Positions 26,890 to 33,758 of a stretch of 47,276 nt of DNA are shown one piece after another. The position numbers were made by a program, and so were the translations under genes. This DNA is from Gemmatimonadota bacterium (GTDB lineage Bacteria > Gemmatimonadota > Gemmatimonadetes > Palauibacterales > Palauibacteraceae). The first letter of the stretch is position 1. The number at the start of each line of letters is the position of its first letter. The stretch lies in the NCBI GenBank assembly GCA_041612005.1, contig JBFILW010000001.1, positions 1-47,276 on the forward strand, in the 5' to 3' direction. The notes beneath the pieces are model-generated. The model worked only from the letters and a program-made list of their open reading frames with translations, had not been told where the DNA came from and did no database searches.

Positions 26890-28203
26890 ATGGCTGCGCC
26901 GCGGGAGGTTCGGGTCCGTTCCTATCAGGTGGGCTTCGGCGACTGTTTTCTACTGTCCTTCATCTACAAGACGGTCGAGAGGCACGTGCTGATCGATTTC
27001 GGCAGCACCGGCAAACCGCGCCACCCGGCCGAGCTCGACGGCTCGCTCAAGAGCCACTTGCAGAGGGTCGCGGATCACATCGCCACCACCTGTGACGGCA
27101 AGCTCGATGCGGTGGTTGCGACGCATCGGCACAAGGATCACATCAGCGGCTTCGACACCAAGAGCGGTCCGGGTGCCACCATCCGCAGCCTCAATCCCGA
27201 CGTCGTGATCCAGCCGTGGACGGAGCACCCGGATGCGGCGATCGATGCCGAGATGGCTCCGGGAATCACGACCGACGACCTCGCATTCGCCAAAGGACTG
27301 CAGCAGCTGGATGCGATCGCCGAATCTGCCGTGGCCCTGGCAGCGACTCTCAGGCGACGCCCGGCCCTCCGCACCCGTTACGGATCTGCACTCATCGACG
27401 AGCTCGGTTTCCTCGGTGAAACGAACCTCGCCAACAAGAGCGCGGTCGAGAATCTCATGACCATGGGGACCTCGCGCCGCTACCTCTCATACGGTCAGAA
27501 TTCTGGCCTCTCCCTGTCGGGCGTCAGGGTCCACGTTCTGGGCCCGCCCACCCTGGCACAGTTCAAAGAGATCCGGACGCAGCGGACCGAGGACCAGGAG
27601 GAGTTCTGGATGCTTCAGGCGGTCGAGCAACAGACCAGCCCGAGTCCGGGTGAGAGCACCCTGTTCGAGGAATACGAGCTCGGCCGGCACGACCCGGCCT
27701 CGGTCTGGCTGCGTCAGCGTCTGCAGCGGGCCAACATCGAACAGCGCCTGAAGATCGTGCGGCGGCTCGACAGTGCGCTCAACAACACCAGTGTCATTCT
27801 GCTGTTCGAGGTCGGCGGGCACCGACTGCTATTTCCGGGCGATGCGCAGATCGAGAACTGGGAGTGGGCCTTGAAGCGGGCGCCCGACAAGCAACAGAAC
27901 CTCACCCTCCTGCGAGGCGTCACGGTATACAAGTGCGGCCATCACGGAAGCCGCAACGCGACGCCCAAGACTCTCTGGAACAATTTCGACGAGCGGAATA
28001 CGGATTCCGCAGCCGAGCGGCTGAGGGTTTTCGTCTCGACCGCCGAGGGCAAACACGGCCATGAAGAGAACAACAGCGAAGTGCCGCGGGAAACCCTAAT
28101 GAACAGCTTCCGGCAACAGACCGAGCTGTTCACAACCGAGACGGTGGACCCCAATCTGGATGAGCCGTTCGTCGAGCACGTGCTGCAGATCCAGAACAGT
28201 TAG
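26890..28203 (+). CDS. free-standing ComEC/Rec2-type metallo-beta-lactamase-fold hydrolase (putative nuclease)
   Basis: 437 aa from ATG 26890, 2 nt after the upstream TAG, with GGGGAGG upstream. Motifs: VGFGDCFLL, ATHRHKDHISG (HxHxDH, 27124-27141), LLFPGDAQIE, CGHHGSRNA (27937-27951). Confidence 0.85.
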   Translation: MAAPREVRVRSYQVGFGDCFLLSFIYKTVERHVLIDFGSTGKPRHPAELDGSLKSHLQRVADHIATTCDGKLDAVVATHRHKDHISGFDTKSGPGATIRSLNPDVVIQPWTEHPDAAIDAEMAPGITTDDLAFAKGLQQLDAIAESAVALAATLRRRPALRTRYGSALIDELGFLGETNLANKSAVENLMTMGTSRRYLSYGQNSGLSLSGVRVHVLGPPTLAQFKEIRTQRTEDQEEFWMLQAVEQQTSPSPGESTLFEEYELGRHDPASVWLRQRLQRANIEQRLKIVRRLDSALNNTSVILLFEVGGHRLLFPGDAQIENWEWALKRAPDKQQNLTLLRGVTVYKCGHHGSRNATPKTLWNNFDERNTDSAAERLRVFVSTAEGKHGHEENNSEVPRETLMNSFRQQTELFTTETVDPNLDEPFVEHVLQIQNS

Positions 28204-28215
28204 GGGCAGACGCGT

Positions 28216-29481
28216 TTACTCGATCGTGATCTCGAGGCAGGCGTGCGCCTCCCGAAGTGCGCGTTCGACCGCTTTCGGGCCGTCGGGTGAACGGGCGAAG
28301 ATAAACCCCAGGTAGCGGTTCCCCTCGGGCAACGGGACGACCTCCTGGCCTGGACGGAGGCTGATCACGACATCCTCGATCCCCGGCACGGCGAGCGCCG
28401 CATCCGTGCCCTCGACGGAAACCAGGCTGCCGGCTCGCGGAATCGGGATCATCATGGCTCCTGACGCGTCTGTGGGAGTGTTGATCAAGTCGATCGGGGC
28501 TCCGGTCGCGTGCAGCAGGATCAGTTCTTCGAGCGTCAGACCGGTTCGAAAGCGAAACAGGCGCGAGCAGAGTCCGCCGATCGGGCGGGGGGCCATCTCG
28601 AGCGGCCAAATTCCGGCTTCGTTGACTCTCATCTCGGCGTGCACGGGACCGTGGCAGAGGCCAATCACGCGAGCCACCGCTGCCGCTGTATCCGCAATCG
28701 CTTTCTGCGTCTCCACCGGATGCCGCGAGGGAGTGACGAATAGAGTTTCTTCGAAATAGGGGCCATCGAGCGGGTCCGGTTTGTCGAGCACGGCGAGGGT
28801 TCGCAGCTCACCATCAACGAGAAGGCCCTCGAGCGCCACTTCCGAACCGGGCAGGAACTCCTCGACGATAATCCGGCCCGTATCGTCGGGTGGATCGGCA
28901 CCGGGGTTCCGCTGTGCGCTTGCCTCCGCGGCGATGCGGACCACGCGACGAAATGCGGCCGCCAGCTCCGCCTCATCATCGGCGCGAATCACCCCGCGGC
29001 TCGCGGCGAGCGAGACCGGTTTCACGACACACGGAAAACCGATCCGGCCGGCCGCGCGGCCGGTGATTGAACCCGGGTCTTCGCCCACGCCGAACGCCTC
29101 GAACCGGGGCGCCGGAAGCCCCGCGTCGCGGATCGCCTCCCGGAACAAGTCCTTGCGCCTGGCCGTGCGCACGGCCTCGATCGGATTGTGCGGCAGACCC
29201 AGAGCCGTCGCGGCTGCCGAGGCGAGGACAGTACCCTCATCCTCGGCCGCTACGATCGCGGAGAGCGGGTAGTCGGGGTGAAAATTGGAGATCACGGACA
29301 CCGCGCGGTCAGGATCGTTGAAATCGACCGATAGGTTCGCGCCCGGGGTGACGTCGCTGAGCGCCGCTTCGTGGTCGGAGGCGACCGTGACCGCGACGCC
29401 GAGCCGCTCGGCCGCCGACAGGAAGTCCTCCGCCTTGTAGCTACTCGAGGTGACGAGAAGAAGGACCCGACTGGCGCTCAC
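28216..29481 (-). CDS. ATP-grasp domain protein (carboxylate-amine ligase type)
   Basis: 421 aa. The GTG start abuts the nfuA-like stop. Pre-ATP-grasp N-terminal domain, then KDLFREAIRDAGLPAP..., FPCVVKPVSLAASRGVIRA, and EEFLPGSEVALEGL. Confidence 0.8.
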   Translation of the reverse strand: MSASRVLLLVTSSSYKAEDFLSAAERLGVAVTVASDHEAALSDVTPGANLSVDFNDPDRAVSVISNFHPDYPLSAIVAAEDEGTVLASAAATALGLPHNPIEAVRTARRKDLFREAIRDAGLPAPRFEAFGVGEDPGSITGRAAGRIGFPCVVKPVSLAASRGVIRADDEAELAAAFRRVVRIAAEASAQRNPGADPPDDTGRIIVEEFLPGSEVALEGLLVDGELRTLAVLDKPDPLDGPYFEETLFVTPSRHPVETQKAIADTAAAVARVIGLCHGPVHAEMRVNEAGIWPLEMAPRPIGGLCSRLFRFRTGLTLEELILLHATGAPIDLINTPTDASGAMMIPIPRAGSLVSVEGTDAALAVPGIEDVVISLRPGQEVVPLPEGNRYLGFIFARSPDGPKAVERALREAHACLEITIE

Positions 29482-30075
29482 TTACTTCTGAGGAGAGAAA
29501 TACGGGTCCGTGCCGGCCGCATGGTCCGTCACGTCCTGGATGTCCACGATCTCGGGCACCATCTGCATGAAAACCTGCTTGATGCCCTGGGTGAGCGTCA
29601 CCGAGGCCATCCCGCAACCCTGGCACCCGCCGCCCATCTGGACATAGGCCACGTTGTCGCGGATGTCCACGAGCCGGATGGCGCCGCCGTGGGTCGCGAC
29701 ACCCGGGTTGATGTGCTCATCGATCACGCGCTGCACTCGCTCGACAAGCGGTCCCTCCAGCGGCTCCGCGCCAAGCGGCTTGATGTTCGGATTCTCGAAC
29801 TTGAAGCCGCTCCCCTGGATCGAATCGACCCAGTCGATCCGCGAGCCCTGCAGGATCCGGGCGCTCTCCGCATCGGCCACCATGTCGATCCCATCGACGG
29901 AGAAGCGTTCGTCGCTCTCCTCGATCTCGTGGGCCTCGATGAGCGACATCTCGTACCCCGGCGCCAGCGGACTGGGGCTGGTGACGCTCACCCTCACCGC
30001 GAGGCCGGAACCATCCTCTTCTTCGGCGAAGAAGGCGAGCATGCGCTGCCTGGCCGCTTCCGTGAACTCGATCAT
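29482..30075 (-). CDS. nfuA: NfuA-type Fe-S cluster carrier (degenerate HesB/IscA-like N-domain + Nfu C-domain)
   Basis: Track ORF trimmed to ATG 30075 (MIEFTEAARQRM...), with GGGAGA upstream. C-terminal Nfu motif GGGCQGCGMASVTL. Confidence 0.85.
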   Translation of the reverse strand: MIEFTEAARQRMLAFFAEEEDGSGLAVRVSVTSPSPLAPGYEMSLIEAHEIEESDERFSVDGIDMVADAESARILQGSRIDWVDSIQGSGFKFENPNIKPLGAEPLEGPLVERVQRVIDEHINPGVATHGGAIRLVDIRDNVAYVQMGGGCQGCGMASVTLTQGIKQVFMQMVPEIVDIQDVTDHAAGTDPYFSPQK

Positions 30076-30152
30076 TTTGAATTCTCCCTGAAACCGCGCA
30101 TTCGAGCACATAATCTAGCATATTCCGGCTCCATGACCGAGATACCGCCTTC

Positions 30153-30683
30153 ATGACCAGGGAACACCGCGACCGCCGCCGGCCAAGCCGGGCCGAATAC
30201 GACGATTTCTACGACGGCTACGTGGGGCTCGTCCCCGATGGCGACATCATCGACATACTCGGTGAGCAAGGGGCCGCGCTGCGGGAGCTGATCGCCTCGA
30301 TCCCGGAAGAGAAAGCCGACCTTCGCTACGCGCCGGGCAAGTGGACGACGCGTGAGGTCGTCGGGCATGTGATCGATGCGGAGTGGGTGTTCGTCTCCCG
30401 CGCGCTCTGGTTCGCACGTGCCGTTCCGACCCCGCTGCCGGGCATGGACCAGGACGAGTTCATGGCGGGGGCGAACTTCTCAGACCGGACCTTGGCCCGG
30501 CTCGCTGAGGAGCACCACAGCCTCCGCTCGGCCGCCATCGTGTTGTTCGAAAGCTTCGACGAGGACATCATGGATCGCGTCGGCGTCGCGTCCGGGTGCG
30601 AGTTTACGGTTCGCGCCATCCCTCACATCATCGCCGGCCACGCGTTTCACCACATGGGCGTGCTCGAGGAACGCTACCTGTAG
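30153..30683 (+). CDS. DinB-family (DinB_2) metal-dependent four-helix-bundle protein
   Basis: 176 aa. YAPGKWTTREVVGHVIDAEWVF and IIAGHAFHHMGVLEERY carry the His triad typical of the family. Confidence 0.8.
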   Translation: MTREHRDRRRPSRAEYDDFYDGYVGLVPDGDIIDILGEQGAALRELIASIPEEKADLRYAPGKWTTREVVGHVIDAEWVFVSRALWFARAVPTPLPGMDQDEFMAGANFSDRTLARLAEEHHSLRSAAIVLFESFDEDIMDRVGVASGCEFTVRAIPHIIAGHAFHHMGVLEERYL

Positions 30684-30698
30684 AAAGAGGAGAAGACG

Positions 30699-31079
30699 AT
30701 GACGGACGCAGCCGAATCGATCGGTCCCAGCACCCTCCCATCCGCGGAAGCGCGCAAGTGGGCAATGATCTGCCACCTCGTCGCGCTCGTCGGACTGCTC
30801 GGCAACGGCATCGGATTCGTGCTCGGGCCGCTCGTCGTGTGGCTGCTCAAGAAGGACGAGGACCCGTTCATCGATGAGCAGGGCAAGGAGTCCGTGAACT
30901 TCCAGATCACGATGATGATCGCCGCTCTCGTCAGCCTAGCCTTGATGCTCATCCTGATTGGGTTCCTGCTGATCACGATCGTCGTCGCGATGATGATCAT
31001 TTTCCCGATCATCGGCGCCATGAAGGCGAACGAGGGTGAGCACTACCGCTATCCGCTTACGATTCGGTTCATCAAGTGA
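30699..31079 (+). CDS. DUF4870-family membrane protein
   Basis: 126 aa. WAMICHLVALVG..., GPLVVWLLKKDEDPFIDEQGKESVNFQIT, and C-terminal AMKANEGEHYRYPLTIRFI match the family pattern. Confidence 0.8.
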   Translation: MTDAAESIGPSTLPSAEARKWAMICHLVALVGLLGNGIGFVLGPLVVWLLKKDEDPFIDEQGKESVNFQITMMIAALVSLALMLILIGFLLITIVVAMMIIFPIIGAMKANEGEHYRYPLTIRFIK

Positions 31080-31840
31080 GACGCCGCTTTTTTTCGAGGC
31101 TCCAAGGGCGGACCGCGGGCGTGTCGCTCGCGGCCCTCCTGGCACTCGTTGCGGCCGCTTGTTCGGGCGACCACGGGAGTGGCACCGAGGCGGACCAGGG
31201 CGAGCTAGAGCAGACGCTGCGCGCCTACTTCGACGCCATCATGACGCAGAACGCGCGCAGCCTCGACACCCTGACCACGGAGGAATTCGTTCTCGTCCAA
31301 AACGGACACCGCATCGACCGCGACCGGTTCGTCGAGACGTGGGTGGAGGGCCAGCCGCTGCAGACCCGGTACCGCCAGGAGGGTGTGGAGATCGCGGTTC
31401 ACGAAGCGAACGCCATCGCCGAGCTCGAATTGGGGTGGTACGAGGGCCGCTCGGCCGTGCAGCGCGAAGCGATTGTGGGCCTGTTTCATCGGGATGGCGA
31501 CCGCTGGAGGGTCCATCGCATGCACTCCGTCACGCTGCCCCTCGGCCAGCCGGCCGACACGTCCTCCCTCGACGACTACGTGGGGACCTATTCGGTTCAG
31601 GACTATGCGGTCGAGGTGGAGCGGCGCGGAGGGCAGCTCGTGACGTCTCGACCGGGACAGGCGAAGTGGATCGGCGGGCTCACGGAGGCCGAGCTGCTTC
31701 CCGGCAGCGTCGACCAGTTTTACCTGGAGGTGACCAACTCGCTGGTCGAGTTCGAGCGGGACGAGGATGGCGCCGTGGTCCGTCTCTACCTCTACGAGCC
31801 GTTTTCCAACCGCGGCTTCCCGCTGGAAAAAAGCCGCTAG
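31076..31840 (+). CDS. lipoprotein with NTF2/SnoaL-like (DUF4440-type) N-domain and an extra C-domain
   Basis: 254 aa. The GTG start overlaps the upstream TGA. Lipobox LVAAAC. The segment LEQTLRAYFDAIMTQNARSLDTL...EFVLVQNG is NTF2-like. Confidence 0.65.
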   Translation: MRRRFFSRLQGRTAGVSLAALLALVAAACSGDHGSGTEADQGELEQTLRAYFDAIMTQNARSLDTLTTEEFVLVQNGHRIDRDRFVETWVEGQPLQTRYRQEGVEIAVHEANAIAELELGWYEGRSAVQREAIVGLFHRDGDRWRVHRMHSVTLPLGQPADTSSLDDYVGTYSVQDYAVEVERRGGQLVTSRPGQAKWIGGLTEAELLPGSVDQFYLEVTNSLVEFERDEDGAVVRLYLYEPFSNRGFPLEKSR

Positions 31841-32676
31841 CTCAGCCAGTCACCGTAGAGCTCGGGGCGCCGGTCGCGCATGAAGAGCGTGCGGCCGTGC
31901 GATGTCGCGACGGTCGCGAGGTCGAGGTCTGCCGTGAGAATCTCTTCGGTCCCCTGTCCGGCTCGGGCGATCACGACGCCGGACGGGTCGCACACGAACG
32001 ATTCGCCGGCGAAACTGAGCTCCCCTTCCGCCCCGACCCGGTTGCAGAGGGCCGCGTAATAGCCGTTCTGGAAGGCCGCCACCTGCAGCTCCGCCTCGTA
32101 CAGGCCAGCCGGCCATTCACCGATAGCGCCGGCCTGCGGCACGACGACCAACTCCGCTCCACCGAGGGCCAAGGCGCGCATGTACTCGGGGTAGTGGCGG
32201 TCGTAGCAGATGGCGACCCCGATGCGGCCAACCGCAGTGTCGTACACGGGCGCCGCGTGGTCGCCCGGCGTGTAGTAGCCCTGTTCGTGAAACCAGGTGT
32301 AGTCGGTGATGTGGACCATGCGTGTGGTGCCCAGCAGTGATCCGTCGGCATCGATTACGGGCGATGTGTCGAACGTGCGATCGCCGTCCCGTTCGAAAAG
32401 GTTGAGCACCAGCACGACTCCGAGCTCCCGGGCAAGGGCGCCAAAACGCTCCGTGGTCGGCCCCGGGATTGGCTCCGCCAGGCTCAGCGTCTCTACGGTG
32501 GCGTGGTGTTGGGGGTAGAAGAGATCGAAGCCTAGCTCGGCAAAGACTATGAGTCCGGCGCCATCGGCGGCCGCGCGACGTACGGCTTCCTCGCCGCGGC
32601 GGCGATTTGCCTCGCGGTCTTCCGTCGCCTCCTGCTGGATCAGGGCGATTCGAGTTGGAGGTGCCATCCATTTCAC
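31837..32676 (-). CDS. carbon-nitrogen hydrolase (nitrilase superfamily amidase)
   Basis: 279 aa. RIALIQQE..., LIVFAELGF (catalytic Glu region), and GVAICYDRHYPE (catalytic Cys). Confidence 0.85.
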   Translation of the reverse strand: MKWMAPPTRIALIQQEATEDREANRRRGEEAVRRAAADGAGLIVFAELGFDLFYPQHHATVETLSLAEPIPGPTTERFGALARELGVVLVLNLFERDGDRTFDTSPVIDADGSLLGTTRMVHITDYTWFHEQGYYTPGDHAAPVYDTAVGRIGVAICYDRHYPEYMRALALGGAELVVVPQAGAIGEWPAGLYEAELQVAAFQNGYYAALCNRVGAEGELSFAGESFVCDPSGVVIARAGQGTEEILTADLDLATVATSHGRTLFMRDRRPELYGDWLS

Positions 32677-32769
32677 TCCGGCAGTGTGGCCGCGCTGAAT
32701 CCGACCCGTGCCAAGGCCCCCACGTTACGGATCACCGAACCAACGGGCGAGCCGCGTGTAGCAGCGCCC

Positions 32770-33753
32770 ATGTCCATCCGCCGGCTGTGCACCGGTTGCC
32801 TCGGAGGTCTCGCGCTGCTGGGGTGTGAGGCCTCGCCTCCTACCTCCATCTCCGCGACCGACGACGGGGCGCTCTCGATCACGGTCCAGGAGCTCGGCGC
32901 GGTGGTCGAGGCGCTGGCCCACGATTCCACGCTTGGTCGCGCCTCGGCGAGCCCCGAGCTCGAGAAGGCCGCCAGATACGTCGCGGCGCATTTCGGGGCC
33001 GCGGGACTGGAGGCGGGCGGTACCGACGGCTACCTGCAGCCCTTCCCGTTCAGCTTCGGGGACCAGTCCTTCAACACGATCGGCTTGCTGCGCGGCTCGG
33101 ATCCGGAGCTGCAGAACGAGTACGTCGTGTTCTCCGCCCATCTTGATCACCTCGGCGTAGCACACGGGAGGGGGGGAGATTCGATATTCAACGGCGCGGA
33201 CGACAATGCGTCGGGTATCGCCGCTATGCTGGAAATAGCGGAGGCGTTCGGCAGCCTCGACATGGAGCCGCCACGCACGATCGTCTTCATCGCCTTCGCG
33301 GGTGAGGAGAGCGGCTTGCTAGGCTCGAGCTACTTCACGAGCCACCCGACCTTCCCGCTCGAAAGCACGATCGGCCTGCTCAACATCGACATGGTCGGAC
33401 GAAGCGCAAATAACGGCGTTCAGGATCCACGCAACAGCGTCGCCGCGATCGGCAAGGAGCGCTCCTTCCTAGGTGCTCTCGCGGAGCGGGTGACCGCCGC
33501 GCACCCTGAGCTCGAGATCGACCTGCTGGATGATCCGTGGCCCGAGGAAGGGCTATTCGGACGCTCCGATCACCTCCTGTTCTTCCGCCAGGGCATCCCG
33601 GTCCTTTTTTTCACCACGGGACTGCACCAGGACTACCACCGGCCGTCGGATGAGGCACATCTCATCGACTACGACAAGGCGATGCGGATCGCCCGACTCC
33701 TGTTTCACATTGGGCTCGAGCTGGCAGCCGTCGAGGACGTTCCGGTCGACTAG
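32770..33753 (+). CDS. M28-family aminopeptidase lipoprotein
   Basis: Track ORF trimmed to ATG 32770 (MSIRRLCTGCLGGLALLGC, lipobox). Zinc-ligand motifs: VVFSAHLDHLG, GADDNASGIAAMLE, FAGEESGLLGS. Confidence 0.85.
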   Translation: MSIRRLCTGCLGGLALLGCEASPPTSISATDDGALSITVQELGAVVEALAHDSTLGRASASPELEKAARYVAAHFGAAGLEAGGTDGYLQPFPFSFGDQSFNTIGLLRGSDPELQNEYVVFSAHLDHLGVAHGRGGDSIFNGADDNASGIAAMLEIAEAFGSLDMEPPRTIVFIAFAGEESGLLGSSYFTSHPTFPLESTIGLLNIDMVGRSANNGVQDPRNSVAAIGKERSFLGALAERVTAAHPELEIDLLDDPWPEEGLFGRSDHLLFFRQGIPVLFFTTGLHQDYHRPSDEAHLIDYDKAMRIARLLFHIGLELAAVEDVPVD

Positions 33754-33758
33754 TTCCC

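Noticed and set aside
24612-28215. Integrase, att direct repeat or other mobility genes for the tRNA-flanking islet
   Set aside because: I looked by eye for a repeat of the tRNA 3' end (GGTTCGATCCCGGTCGGCTCCA) and for recombinase-like ORFs and found none. It is therefore not annotated as a mobile element.
31837-31840. Convergent genes sharing overlapping stop codons within the palindrome GCTAGC
   Set aside because: It is real but trivial: a 4-nt overlap of two TAG stops with no evident regulatory meaning.
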